Shown in pieces: positions 36,414 to 53,883 of a stretch of 64,000 nt of DNA. The notes under the pieces are model-generated. The model did not search any database. It was not told the DNA's origin and worked only from the letters and a program-made list of their open reading frames with translations. How positions within the stretch are numbered: the stretch's first letter is position 1; the number at the start of each line of letters is the position of its first letter. A program made the position numbers and the translations under genes. Source of the stretch: an uncultured Methanosarcinaceae archaeon (lineage in GTDB: Archaea; Halobacteriota; Methanosarcinia; Methanosarcinales; Methanosarcinaceae); assembly GCA_963727895.1 (NCBI GenBank), contig CAVSHT010000007.1:1-64000 (forward strand), read 5' to 3'.

Positions 36414-36632
36414 TTAAAGAAGAGCCCAACCACTTCCCCCACATACTCTACAAGTTCCATTTCCAAGACTTCCTGACCCATTGCAAAGAGGACAGGTTAT
36501 TGCAGGCTGGGCAACGAGTACGTCACCCTGCCCTCCGCAGGCTTCACAAATTCCCCCATTAGCGTATCCGGTTCCGTTACAAAGAGAGCATTTTTCCGGA
36601 GCGTATTCGGTATCTATGTAACTATGAAGCAT
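36414..36632 (-). CDS. Small DnaJ-type zinc-finger protein
   Basis: Four CxxCxGxG motifs in 72 aa. Confidence 0.75.
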   Translation of the reverse strand: MLHSYIDTEYAPEKCSLCNGTGYANGGICEACGGQGDVLVAQPAITCPLCNGSGSLGNGTCRVCGGSGWALL

Positions 36633-36785
36633 TTTTTCACTTCCAAAAGATGATTACATTAATGTTGCCTGAAAAAATCTTTTTTATGCATATTTTCAGC
36701 TTTCTGGGTTAAAAGCTCTTTCAAAAAGATAAAAAGGAAAAGGTTATAACTTAATTGTTAGCTTCTTTTTACGGATGATATTGTC

Positions 36786-37902
36786 TTATTCTGTCAAAAG
36801 CCTTGCAAGAAGCGATTTTTTAATTTCTACTGCATTGTTGGGGCATAGTTCGCGACAGCAATAACACAAGATGCACTTATCCTCATTAATCTTAAAACTT
36901 CCGTCTTCGAGCCTTTCAACAGCATGGGGAGAGCAGTTTAAATAGCAGGCTCCGCAATGAGTACATTTTCTCCTGTTGATCCTGGGATAGATCTTATAGT
37001 ATTTACCCAAGTTGCGAGTAAGAAAGGAAGGAACTGTACTGACTCCTCCACTGGACGGTTTGAATTTCATTTTGACTTCTTTTAATGGAGTTCCCACCAC
37101 AACAGGACACTGGTTTCCAAAGCCTTTTTTTATAGCTCCTGCAGTCGTGGGAATTTTGAGGGGGTCAAAGCCTATCATTTCTGCAGCAACAATATCCAGG
37201 GAAACACAATCCTGGCTTGCCAGAATTACCCCGGAATTTACGGGTTTCCCATGAGAAGGCCCATTTCCTTCCATGCCAATAACTCCATCCATAACTGCAA
37301 AGCCGGGTCTGACAACCGAGTATACGTCGGCAACGGCTTCGCCAAAAAGGTCCCTTTTTCCAAGAAGATGCGCTTCTTTTCGGCACCTTAGAGGGAAGAG
37401 TCCCAAAAAAGTTCTTGACCGCACCTGTGTAATAGGTAAGCTCATGAGTTTTTAATTTTGGAAGGGATATTACTACATCAGCTTCAAGGACAGGGTTTGC
37501 AATGTATAGTTTGCGGAATTGCAGTGGGTCAGGGACATCTACCAGGGTAAAGCCTGCAGTTTCAAAATTTACAACCTTTGCTCCGGCCTTTCGGGCAGCT
37601 TCTTCTATACCTGAAACTTTCAGGGCTTTTGAGGTGGTTCCTGGCCTTGAGATGCCAGCTCCGTCCCCTACTACAGGTTTTCCTCCAGCCTGAAGCACGA
37701 ACTCGCACATTGACGTTACAACTGAAGGATGAGTGGTTACTGCACTTTCAGGAGGAGCGGCTGCAAGGATATTTGGTTTAAGAAGTACGCTGTCTCCTGG
37801 ATGGATTATATTCTCAAGACCTCCGAGAAGCTCCAGAGCTTCTGCTATCGCTTTTTTGTGTCTAGAATAATCAGGGCAGCGAACTATGGATACTCTATTC
37901 AC
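36786..37902 (-). CDS. DUF362 protein with C-terminal 2x[4Fe-4S] ferredoxin domain (one frameshift near 37395)
   Basis: VLLKPN, TTHP, PKLKTH, GAVKN, EGNGP, two CxxCxxCxxxC motifs. Confidence 0.88.
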
Positions 37903-38013
37903 GGCTGGAAAATAAATGGGTTTATTATTGAATTTCTTTCCGGTTCAAAGACATATCCTTGAGTTAATTCAGTTCAAATTTTTGATTTTCATCTTAAACT
38001 CTTATCTTATTTC

Positions 38014-38421
38014 TTATCGGTTCTTAATCCCGATCCTTAAATCGATTTCTTCAGCAATACTTTCGAGCTCATCGAAAATCCTTTCTGAGTCCTTTCTCAT
38101 TTCTTTTACCGCAGCTTTCAGGCTTCCTCCACGTAGGTATATCAGGCGTTTTTTTCTGTAAAGGAGACCTGAATCATTGAGATTCCTGAGATGATGGTTT
38201 ACTCTTGAGATTTTTATCTCAAGGTCTTCAGCAAGGGCTTCTGAGGAAGTTATTTCATCATTTGAAAGTTTGTCAAGCAGGCTAAAAACTATCTTGGTCG
38301 CGGTATTTTCCGTGTCTCTCCCTGAAGAAAAGCCAAAGCTATCACATAACCATAGAAGGTCGTCTTCTAGACTTTGTTCGTGCGGTTTTTCGAGGTATCT
38401 GAGAATTATCTGTTGAACCAT
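38014..38421 (-). CDS. Winged-HTH (ArsR-like) regulator, divergent from groES
   Basis: SSEALAEDLEIKISRVNHHLRNL..SGLL. Confidence 0.75.
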   Translation of the reverse strand: MVQQIILRYLEKPHEQSLEDDLLWLCDSFGFSSGRDTENTATKIVFSLLDKLSNDEITSSEALAEDLEIKISRVNHHLRNLNDSGLLYRKKRLIYLRGGSLKAAVKEMRKDSERIFDELESIAEEIDLRIGIKNR

Positions 38422-38660
38422 CAGTGTATATTTTACACTATTTTTGATATATAGTTTCTTTGCATTTTGTTGATATCATTTCGATTTTATATGAATCGTA
38501 TTTTATTTTTCCCAGCAACTCTTAAATATGAGTTCCACATTATATGCAGATAGTCAGGCGCACGAGCGTTCAATTTATTGACCAATACCCATACTGACTT
38601 ATAGACTCCCATTAATGTTTAGTTAACTAGGGTCACTTACACATAAGGAGGAACAATAGA

Positions 38661-38939
38661 GTGATAATTAGACCTATTGGCGAACGAGTTTTACTCAAGC
38701 ACCAGAAGAAAGAAGAAGTGACAAAAGGCGGGATCTATATTCCGGAGTCTGCACGGCAAGAGAAAAAGGAAGGTATTGTTATTGCTGTAGGGACTTTTGA
38801 AGATGGAAAAGATCTTCCCCTGAAAAAAGGTGACCATGTAATTTACGGAGGATATCAGTCAGATGAAATTGAACTCGACGATGAAAAATATATATTTGTC
38901 GATTTTAAAGATATCATGGCAACCGTTACGGAAGAATGA
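38661..38939 (+). CDS. groES: Co-chaperonin GroES
   Basis: IRPIGERVL...TKGGIYIP...GIVIAVG. Confidence 0.95.
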   Translation: MIIRPIGERVLLKHQKKEEVTKGGIYIPESARQEKKEGIVIAVGTFEDGKDLPLKKGDHVIYGGYQSDEIELDDEKYIFVDFKDIMATVTEE

Positions 38940-39056
38940 TTGTTAATGAGGCCGGTTCTGAAAAACATAGTATAAATAGTTATTCAAATTTAACTCCAGA
39001 AACTTAAGAATATATTCAGATTTGATTCAGAAAATATTTGATTTTAATCAAGGTGA

Positions 39057-40675
<1,619 letters not shown>

Positions 40676-40938
40676 TTTTATTTTTTCTTTTTTCTTTTTT
40701 TGCTTTTTATTTTTTTCCTGTTACCTGTTTTTATTACTGGATTGTCATTTTCATTTTATTAATTTTGTTTTTGACATTGACCTTTTTATTTTACTTATAC
40801 TTTATATATTTTTAATATCATATTTCTCAATAGTCATAGTTTTTAATTTGCAATCTTGTCTTATTACTCATCATATATCTGGCTGTAGATTTTAGTCCAA
40901 TTTACAACGGAATCTTTTACTGAAAAGGTGAAATTAGA

Positions 40939-41767
40939 ATGCTTGAAGTTTATTGTGACTCATCCTTTAATGAAGGTGAGGACTCTTATATTGGCTGTAC
41001 GGCGCTTCGGAGTGGCGAACAAATCCACCAGTCTACAACAAAGGTTCCTGGTGTTCCTCAGAGTAATCTTGAATGTGAAATTGCAGCTCTTAATTTCGCG
41101 GTAACCTTAACAGGAATTTTTTTTGACGGAGACCAAAAGTATCACAATTTATAATGATTCTACTGAAGCTGTAAAAGCGTTTCAGAAGGAAAAAACACAA
41201 ATTGAAAAGAGATTATCCAGGTTCAACATTAATTTTGAATATATACCACGCGAAAAGGTGAGCCAGGCAATTGCTGACAGTTTGTCTAAAAAATTCCCAG
41301 TATTTTTCGTAAATATTCCTACATGCGAAGTTGAATCTTTTTCCCGGAGAGAAGATATTCTATCCGATATTGCTCGAAATGGACGTAATATCTTGTATCT
41401 GGAGAAAGTTGAAGAAATATCTACAAATAAGAAAACTTGCTACAGAATGACCATCCGTACGATGGATAAAATCCTATCAAATGATCGGTTTTATCTTATA
41501 AAAAAAGGAGGTCCAGGCACACAGGTAAAAGCCGCAGAAGAAATAAGGAAAGACCTGTCCGATCCCCAGGTTCTTTCTTCGCTGGAAGCAAGAGGTGTAA
41601 AACTTAAAAATTCTTACTTCCTGCTGACGGACGAAACCTGGGGACTTAGGGGTACAGACAATCAGACATGCTCTATTCTTCCAGACACAGTCCGCCACAG
41701 AATCATTTGCGATGAAGTGGATCGATCTCCTGAAAACCTATTCAGAAGAGCTGAAACTTTCAGGTAA
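40939..41767 (+). CDS. RNase HI-like domain plus unknown C-terminal domain (one frameshift near 41128)
   Basis: VYCDSS, SNLECEIAAL, IYNDS, IPRE...ADSLSK match the RNase H acidic pattern. Confidence 0.75.
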
Positions 41768-42047
41768 TTTATAGCTTAGACTAAAACATTGCTAGATATT
41801 TTCGATTAAACCTTTTCAAAAAAACTTGTGAAAATGCTTGCAATATTTGAATATTTATAGCATTTCAACTTCACAGAATCATTTGCGATGAAGTGGATCG
41901 ATCTCCTGAAAACCTATTCAGAAGAGCTGAAACTTTCAGGTAATTTATAGCTTAGACTAAAACATTGCTAGATATTTTCGATTAAACCTTTTCAAAAAAA
42001 CTTGTGAAAATGCTTGCAATATTTGAATATTTATAGCATTTCAACTT
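41696..42047. repeat. Perfect tandem duplication, 176 bp x2
   Basis: CACAGAATCATTTGCG...CATTTCAACTT starts at 41696 and 41872; copies the gene 3' end. Confidence 0.95.
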
Positions 42048-42068
42048 ATATCATAGGGGTGTGAATTT

Positions 42069-42701
42069 ATGGAAAAATATCCTGAAATTGAGGTGAACTC
42101 AAATGTTCTTGATATTGATCTTTATGGGGGAAAAGAATCAAAAGAAAAGAATGAAGAACCAAAGGAGTCTGGGAAAGAGAATGTTCGGTATTCTTTCGCC
42201 CCTTCCGGTGAGAGCTGTATATCCTGTATTGAAATACCTGAGGCACAGCGAAGAATTTTTATCCTAGAAATACAGCAGGTGGCAGAAAATATACTCAAAG
42301 CTCATGGGATTATTAATGAAGCTGATGATCTCTTAAAAGGTGAGTGGTTCCTCAAGTTACAGAAACCTGAATTTGATAAGAAACTGGTTATTGCAAAATA
42401 TGGGGAAGAAATTTCCATAGGGCTTTATGCTTACGTGGATGATATACCTGTTCCGGACCCGAACCTTGTTTTGCTCTCACAAAATGGGTTATGGTATCCT
42501 CAAAGAATCGAGGAAATGTCTGAGGAAACAGTTTCTTCTTTCTTTACAGGGGCATATGGAGACTACGATTTCCTGAATGTAATTCCTGAAAATCTTGAAA
42601 AATTCCAGATTTTCCAGCGGAATTTTGCGAAACTACTTGAAAGTAAGGGATGGGATTCAAAAGATACTGAAATTCTCAAAAAAGTAATGCCAAGAGATTA
42701 A
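42069..42701 (+). CDS. Hypothetical protein
   Basis: 210-aa ORF with upstream GGGGTG; no recognised motif. Confidence 0.7.
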   Translation: MEKYPEIEVNSNVLDIDLYGGKESKEKNEEPKESGKENVRYSFAPSGESCISCIEIPEAQRRIFILEIQQVAENILKAHGIINEADDLLKGEWFLKLQKPEFDKKLVIAKYGEEISIGLYAYVDDIPVPDPNLVLLSQNGLWYPQRIEEMSEETVSSFFTGAYGDYDFLNVIPENLEKFQIFQRNFAKLLESKGWDSKDTEILKKVMPRD

Positions 42702-42885
42702 ACCATATTCTAAAAATGAGACCAAGAATTTTATTTTTTTCTTTCAATCTTCTCAATCCCAATTAGGTTTTTTCCCACAGAATATTTAAATATTGAAAGC
42801 GTACGCAGTTTCAAGTATAGCTTCAACGATGTTAATTGCTTTTACCCCTATCTTTTTACAATAATTGATTTTCAGAAGGTCTTTT

Positions 42886-44070
42886 ATGTTTTCGATAAAT
42901 TCCGAATGCATCCTCTCAAAAAAATCTGAAGATATCCCTCCTTTTTATGTAATGGAAGTTTTGGAAAGTGCTCAGGCTCTGGAAGCTGAGGGACGAAATA
43001 TTGTTCATCTCGAAGTAGGAGAACCTGATTTCCCTACCGCCCCTCATATATGTGAGGCCGCATGTGATGCTATTGGTAAGGGATTAACAAAATATACTCA
43101 TAGTCAGGGACTTATTTCTCTCAGAGAAGCCATAGTTGAATATTATCATCAGAAGTTTGGAGTCGATCTAAGCCCGGATCAGGTCATTGTAACATCCGGC
43201 ACAAGCCCTGCTCTTTTGATGGTTTTCATGGCTTTGCTTGAGAAAATGGATGAAGTAATAATGTCAAATCCTCACTATGCATGTTACCCTAATTTTGTTA
43301 AATATCTTGGTGGAACCCCTGTTTTTGTTTATACAAATGAAACAAATGGATTTGCCCTTGAACCTGAGACGGTAAGGCAGTGCATCACCCATAATACTAA
43401 AGCAATCCTCATCAACAGTCCTTCAAACCCTGGAGGTCATGTTATGTCTTCAGAAAACTTGCAAGGCCTTGCAGAAATTGCAGATGAAAAAGGAATTCCT
43501 ATAGTTTCGGATGAAATCTACCAAGGACTAATCTATAAAGGTCATGATCATACTATTCTGGAATATACAAAAAATGCTTTTGTCCTTAACGGTTTTTCTA
43601 AAATATACGCGATGACCGGTTGGAGACTAGGATATATTATCTGTCCTCCTGAGTGTATCCGTGCACTTCAGAAAATCCAGCAGAACTTTTTTATCTGTGC
43701 CAACTCTTTTGTTCAGGAGGCAGGAATAGCGGCTCTGAAAGGTTCACAGGAACATGTTGCTAAGATGGTTCGAACATATAATATACGCCGCCAGTATATG
43801 TTGAAAAGACTCATTGGTATGGGTCTTGATGTTCGCAAAGAACCTACAGGAGCTTTTTATGTTCTTGCAGATGCTCGCAAGTACAGCAGTGACTCATTGG
43901 AACTAAGCCGCCGCATACTTAATGAAGCCGGAGTTGCAGTTACGCCTGGTATCGATTTTGGGAACGGAGCTGAAGGTTATCTGCGTTTCTCCTATGCCAA
44001 TAGCATAGAAAATATAAAAGAAGGTATGGACAGACTGGAGATTTTTTTGGAAAAAGAACTTGAAAGCTAA
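42886..44070 (+). CDS. PLP-dependent class I/II aminotransferase (AspC-like)
   Basis: VGEPDF, NSPSNPGG, SDEIY, GFSKIYAMTGWRLG, YLRFSYA. Confidence 0.93.
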   Translation: MFSINSECILSKKSEDIPPFYVMEVLESAQALEAEGRNIVHLEVGEPDFPTAPHICEAACDAIGKGLTKYTHSQGLISLREAIVEYYHQKFGVDLSPDQVIVTSGTSPALLMVFMALLEKMDEVIMSNPHYACYPNFVKYLGGTPVFVYTNETNGFALEPETVRQCITHNTKAILINSPSNPGGHVMSSENLQGLAEIADEKGIPIVSDEIYQGLIYKGHDHTILEYTKNAFVLNGFSKIYAMTGWRLGYIICPPECIRALQKIQQNFFICANSFVQEAGIAALKGSQEHVAKMVRTYNIRRQYMLKRLIGMGLDVRKEPTGAFYVLADARKYSSDSLELSRRILNEAGVAVTPGIDFGNGAEGYLRFSYANSIENIKEGMDRLEIFLEKELES

Positions 44071-44609
44071 AAATTACTCTATATATACATCTTGATAAAT
44101 TTTTTAGTAATGTGATAGATCCATCTTCATCTTTCTTATTTTTTCATTAGCGACTCGAACAAGGGAGTAAATTACTTTTTCTTTTTCGCGTCTCAAAATG
44201 AGAACCTCGATTACTATTGCTGAGATTTAAACTTACAATCAATAGGCATTTCCTAATAACTGTTTTGCTAATCTAAATTTTGGTGAGCTTCCATCAGTGC
44301 GCCAAAGGTTTATTATTGTCTTAAACCAGAAATTTTCAAAAAATTCCTCTTATAAAAGTGAAGAATTAAACCACTCATAGATATTTTATACGATGTGATT
44401 ATTTTAATCATTACTTTATACCTTTTAAGAATAAGTAACTCTGCAATCCCCCTCACAAGATATTATTGTTCAGGTAGTCGTATGTTTTACGCTGTTGATT
44501 TTCAGTTTAATGATGTGTTCCCCATGTGATTCGGTAACTATGCAGACGCTTAAATTTTTACTTATTAGTTAGAAAGTTGTATTTTTGATAAAAGAATGGA
44601 GCATGTAAT

Positions 44610-45938
44610 ATGGACAAAACTAATAAAGTAAAAGTAATACCTCGGTTGATAGGGATATTGCTTTGCCTGGCATTAATACAGGCTGCATATGCTCAAACTG
44701 GGGAGTCTAATGACAATTTAGTTTTCGAAAACGTTGCTTACGAAAATGGAACTTATGAAAATGCTATCCTTGAAACAGGATTAATTGATGAAAATGTAAC
44801 TGATGGCAATTTAATTGGTGAAAATGTCACAGTACATACTATAAATCCGACTTCTCTTTCTATGTATCTGGTAACAGAAAATAGTGAAAAATTTACTGTC
44901 AGTTTCAAGAATGAAGGTAATGAAACACTCGTTATAACCCCAAAAATAGTTTCTATGTCTAACATTGAAAACAACACAATTGAAAACTGGATTTCTGTAT
45001 CTCCAACAAACACAACAGTAGAACCAGGTGCAGTACAGGAATTTACAGTTGAAGTAAATGTCCCCAAAGATGCAGAAAGTGCAAGCTATCAAGTAGCCAT
45101 AGTCTTTACAGATGATTTCCTTCCAAACTCCACAGAATATGTAAACTCAATGAAACTTGATCTCTTTATCCAAGCTAGTCCAAAAATCGACATTCAAACA
45201 AACTATATCTCTGATATTGTTAAAGCTGGACAAGAATATGAGTACAAGATGAAAATCAAAAATATAGCAGACAAAGATATTACTATTGATCCTAAAGTGA
45301 ACAGATACACGTATGATAATTCACTTGATACATTTGTCCTCAGCGATGATGCAATAGTGATCTCTGCCCCTTCAGTTATAAAAGCAGGTGAAATCGCTAA
45401 CATGACAATTAAGTTACCGATCCCAGAAAATGCTACAGGATCGTATAACGGGTATATCGACATGAATGTTGATGGGAAAGCTAATGATGGATCTAATCCA
45501 CAAATAGGTCTGTACTTCAGAGTTATGCAGCAGCCTACAATTCCTTACGTAAAAACTTTCAACATCAAGAATGATGTTCCGATAACGATAGAAGTTTTGA
45601 CAGATACTTATGACCCAGCTATAGGACTGCGTATTTCTCCTAAAAATGAAGAACCGTCTTTTGAAATAAAACTCAAACATAATTCCAGTTTTGTTTCCAT
45701 ATACCCTACAAAAATAACTCAAAGCAGCAATGTAAATACTGGGGAATACTATTTCCCAGCGTGGGCACTGGATAACAATACAATGTATCAGAATACAAGC
45801 AACCATTATGTAGAAACATACACAGTATCGGGAGCAGTCGGAACATGGGAACTCCAGATTATGCCGAAAAATACAGAATCATTTGAATATTCAATAATAT
45901 CGGAAAATCAAGATGAAAATCAGTATATATTAAAGTAA
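44610..45938 (+). CDS. Secreted/cell-surface protein with Ig-like beta-sandwich repeats
   Basis: Signal peptide (AAYA), two FKN.G...V.V.VP..A..Y-type units, many NxT/S sites. Confidence 0.7.
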   Translation: MDKTNKVKVIPRLIGILLCLALIQAAYAQTGESNDNLVFENVAYENGTYENAILETGLIDENVTDGNLIGENVTVHTINPTSLSMYLVTENSEKFTVSFKNEGNETLVITPKIVSMSNIENNTIENWISVSPTNTTVEPGAVQEFTVEVNVPKDAESASYQVAIVFTDDFLPNSTEYVNSMKLDLFIQASPKIDIQTNYISDIVKAGQEYEYKMKIKNIADKDITIDPKVNRYTYDNSLDTFVLSDDAIVISAPSVIKAGEIANMTIKLPIPENATGSYNGYIDMNVDGKANDGSNPQIGLYFRVMQQPTIPYVKTFNIKNDVPITIEVLTDTYDPAIGLRISPKNEEPSFEIKLKHNSSFVSIYPTKITQSSNVNTGEYYFPAWALDNNTMYQNTSNHYVETYTVSGAVGTWELQIMPKNTESFEYSIISENQDENQYILK

Positions 45939-46078
45939 AGCTTTAGAGTAGGTTAGCAGGGTTTAGCTTTATATGCTCTGTATCCTGCTGCCTATACTAT
46001 TTATCAAAGTCTCATCTACGAGATACTTAAGAAAATTAATTCAGAATGATTACTGTCAAAACTAAATATTAAAAAAGG

Positions 46079-46270
46079 TGGGGCTGGTGAGATTCGAACT
46101 CACGATCGACGGGTATCTCCGAACAACTGCTTATACAGTTTTCTGGTGAGCATCTATCAGTGCTCCAACGGTTCCTCATTGTCTTTCCCCGTCGGGAAAT
46201 ACTCAGTATACCCGTTGTTCATCATTTATCCGCTGGAGCCCATCGCCATGCCGGGCTAGGCCACAGCCCC
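46079..46270 (-). tRNA. tRNA-Trp (CCA) with 118-nt intron (46115-46232)
   Basis: Cloverleaf exons; BHB motif with CTCC/GGAG helix and AGC and ATA bulges. Confidence 0.95.
46115..46232 (-). ncRNA. Intron-encoded box C/D guide sRNA
   Basis: C ATGATGA, D' CTGA, C' ATGAGGA, D CTGA; guides complementary to the host pre-tRNA around C34 and position 39. Confidence 0.9.
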
Positions 46271-46548
46271 TTTACAAGGATACTCTAATATCTTTCTTTT
46301 CTTAAATAGCTAACGGCAAGAAATATGTTTTGGAAGAACAGTATATGTTTTGAGAATATGTTAATAGAAGGTGTCCACTAAAATTTAAGAAATGCATAAA
46401 AAAACTATTAGTTTGGTTTTTATCTCTTTTATGTAACTTGAAGTTTTTTAAGATGATTTCTTTTGAATTGCCCTATTTTCCTGCCAATTATCTCAATTTT
46501 TCAATTCTTTGTGGGAAAAAAATTTATTTCGCTTTTTAGAATATTTGA

Positions 46549-46572
46549 ACATATGTTTATTCAAACATAACA
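46549..46572. promoter_or_regulatory. Putative ModE-type operator upstream of anfH
   Basis: TATGTTT-N4-AAACATAAC, same spacing as the sites at 54304 and 58885. Confidence 0.65.
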
Positions 46573-46873
46573 AATAAATTACATTCATTTTTTGTAGACA
46601 CATGTCTTTTTTGGAATAATAGAGTTTATGGTTCTTAGTTGATTACTATTATTAAATTATCATTTTTGGATTCATTGTGTAGATAGATACTTTTATATAC
46701 TAATGGATGGGAAATAGATTACTGACTTAGTAAATATAAATAGCGTTGTAACTTAGTAAACATAACCACATAATTTGAAATCAGAGGCATAAAATCTGAA
46801 ATAACCTATATCAAAAAATTCACTGCTGTTTAGAAACCCAATTGTTGTTCAAAATAAATGTTGAAATAAATGA

Positions 46874-47737
<864 letters not shown>

Positions 47738-48148
47738 ATAGAAGGGAAAGTGAGTTATAATAAGCATTTATTTCCTATTCTAGCCCACCTGGATAAATAA
47801 TTACCCGCCCACTGGAAAAAGTCAGGCACTCTCCTTGAAAATAATTGTTATTGAATAAGGAAGTACCTGGCAAAAATTAATTCTGAAGATAAGTGTTTTT
47901 CAGCAAAAAGAAAGCAAGAGGATCTACTAAATGACATCCAGTTGAACATAGAATTCTACTACGTTGGGCATCACAATCTAATTGAATCAAATACTTTAGG
48001 TTTTTTACTCTTAATTTCGACTGATAAAGATTCAAAATTATCTTAACACAATGCTAGAAAAGCTTCTGTTAGCCTTGGTATTTCAAGAAGACATAATAGA
48101 CTGATATAGTTTATACAACTAAAAAACATAAAGGGAGGATGTTCTCTA

Positions 48149-48682
48149 ATGGATCAAGTTCGCTATATGCAAAGAAACTGCACGGACAAAGAGAAAATAG
48201 AAAATTTACTTTTACAGGAAAGAACAGGTGTGCTGGGAATGGTAAATGGTACTTTTCCTTATGCTATTCCCATGAATTATGTGTGGCACAAAGGTTCAGT
48301 TTATTTCCATGGAATGGGTTCTGGTAAAAAAGAAGATATTCTTTCTCAGAGTCCGTCTGTTTGTTTCACAGTATCTAAAGAACATGGCACCGTAATTGAT
48401 CCTGTGCCCTGCCATGCGGATACAGCATACATGAGCGTGATGCTTTTTGGAAAAGCAGAAAAAGTAACTGACTCAGAAGAAGCTACTGAAGCTCTTCAAA
48501 AAATAGTTGAAAAATATATGCCTGGATATTATAGTAACCCTTTAACGAATAATTTTGTTGAAAAATACCGTTCATCACTTGATAAAAATCCAGTTTCAGT
48601 ATATAGAATAACGCTGGAAGGAATAACCGCTAAAGAAAACTCAGTAGAGTATGAACAACTGTTCAATTCGGAAATATCTTAA
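48149..48682 (+). CDS. Pyridoxamine-5'-phosphate oxidase/NimA-like flavoprotein (Anf3-like by context)
   Basis: PYAIPMNY, YFHG..GKK, VCFTV, YMSVMLFG. Confidence 0.75.
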   Translation: MDQVRYMQRNCTDKEKIENLLLQERTGVLGMVNGTFPYAIPMNYVWHKGSVYFHGMGSGKKEDILSQSPSVCFTVSKEHGTVIDPVPCHADTAYMSVMLFGKAEKVTDSEEATEALQKIVEKYMPGYYSNPLTNNFVEKYRSSLDKNPVSVYRITLEGITAKENSVEYEQLFNSEIS

Positions 48683-48765
48683 TTGCACAGTAGTTACACG
48701 AAATAAGGCCTTTTGGGAAAAAGTCCCAAATACTCTTTTTATAGTACTTCTCATTACAATCCTTA

Positions 48766-49426
48766 TTAATAAAAGTATGATATTGATATGCTGACATTTA
48801 CAAGGTTTATACTTTTATAATTTTGAAAGTCATTTTGTTAGGCAATTCATTTACAATTTCAGATTTAAAACCTAAAACCTCTAATTCGGTATCAAACCAT
48901 TTTGGAACATGACAGAAAACTACGTCCAGATTGTTAAATTTTCCCTCTTTTAGATACGGAATTAAAACTTTCTTTGAGTTCAAGTCAGGATTTATTAAGA
49001 GGATTTTTTAAGATTAAGGGAAAAATCACCTTTAATCGCGCCATGTTCCAAAAATTTTACGATATCGAATTTGATAGGTTCTTCCTGCTTCTTTTCAATC
49101 ACATTAAGCATATCTTTTTTAATTGAACTAAGGATATCTGGCACGCTATATTCTGTAAGGAATATATCAAAGAATGCTGTTTGAAAAAAACCAACTGTTA
49201 CTCCTGGAAGCTCACTTGCAGCAATTATTTTTACATCACCAAGTTGCTTTACGGTTTCCTCTACAGCCACCCTTACCTCAGGAATGCTTTTCACACTACA
49301 AATTATATTTTCGAAGCGATTCAGAACTTTCCAGTCTTCCCCTTCTTCTTTATAGATGGAAATAAAACTAGGTTCCAATATTGAACTCGTTTTTTGGTTA
49401 TTATCTTTCACAACTGCAATTTTCAA
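48766..49426 (-). pseudogene. anfO: AnfO-family accessory protein, frameshifted near 49005
   Basis: N-part MKIAVV...; shifted frame NPDLNSKKVLIPYL...CHVPKWF; downstream of anfK. Confidence 0.75.
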
Positions 49427-49819
49427 GATATTTCCTCCTATCAGACTAAAATATTAGTTTTCAACTGAGAAGTAAAAACAGTTCCCTCTTCTAAGACTAT
49501 CTATTAACTTGCATACTTAGAGACAAATTCGAAAGTAAAACGCTGATAATTCTACAATAATTTTATTGAAGTAGAACACAAAAAAGAATAGTTAATAAAA
49601 GCTTATGGATGCATCCTTGCATCTCTTTGTTCCGCCAAGGAATGAGAGAGCAAAATATTCATTATTTTTAATCGGGTGCACTCCATTGTAACTTTATATT
49701 TGTATATTTTTTAAATGACTATGTTAGAATTACTTAACACTGTGAACAAACAGAAAAAAATAAATAATAACTAAACCTTACATATGTGATTGTTTAAATT
49801 TTTAGTCTTCAATCTATAC

Positions 49820-51223
<1,404 letters not shown>

Positions 51224-51573
51224 TTAATAAATCGGGTTAGTTAGTTCTTGATTAAGTGACCCATTAATAGTTAAGTAATCTATACGCTCTTTGAGCCCCT
51301 GCATAAGTATCTTGATATCTTTTTTGTCCATTGTATTCAACCATGGATATGTTTTTTGAACCCATTTGCTAAATACACAGCATCTACCCAATAGCATCTA
51401 TCTTCAGGTGTGCTGAGATCAACAGGTTCATCGCACAATAATTGCATGGTTTTTGTAAGGATTCCTTCATTTTGCCTTTCTCTGTCCCAGGAACGTGAAT
51501 GAAACTGCCACAGGCACCATTTCATAATAAAATATACAAGCTGCTCTATCCTATCTTTCATAATGTCATCCAT
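51224..51573 (-). pseudogene. anfG: Fe-only nitrogenase delta subunit, frameshift in an A-run near 51355
   Basis: [16 protein letters not shown]; shifted frame YPWL...[11 protein letters not shown]. Confidence 0.9.
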
Positions 51574-51595
51574 TTATGACCTCATCTTCTTTCTA

Positions 51596-53552
<1,957 letters not shown>

Positions 53553-53565
53553 AATTGCCCCCTCC

Positions 53566-53883
53566 TCAAAGACCTGTATCCCCTGTACGTATCATATATG
53601 CATTGTCAACGGGGATGACAAAAATTTTACCGTCTCCTTGATGAACGGTATATGCTTTGTATTTGATAATTTTAACAACTTCTTCAACACACTCATCTTC
53701 TACAACTAGTATGAGCATGGTTTTAGGGAGTTCATCATAGTGTATTACTCCAATCGTGATTCCGTTTTGTTTTCCACGATCGGGTGCGTCTATTTTTGTT
53801 AGTGAAATAAATCCCCCTTCTGAAAGCCCTTCTATGACATTATCAGTGGTTTCAGGGCACAATAAAGCCTTGATCCTCTTCAT
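53566..53883 (-). CDS. PII-family nitrogenase regulator (NifI1-like), diverged
   Basis: RGKQ, YDELPK, GDGKIFV, IRTG. Confidence 0.85.
   Translation of the reverse strand: MKRIKALLCPETTDNVIEGLSEGGFISLTKIDAPDRGKQNGITIGVIHYDELPKTMLILVVEDECVEEVVKIIKYKAYTVHQGDGKIFVIPVDNAYMIRTGDTGL

Noticed and set aside
48040..48110. NARKASVSLGISRR as a relic Fis-type HTH of an AnfA-like activator
   Set aside because: Very short, bounded by stops, no supporting upstream domain; chance similarity is likely.
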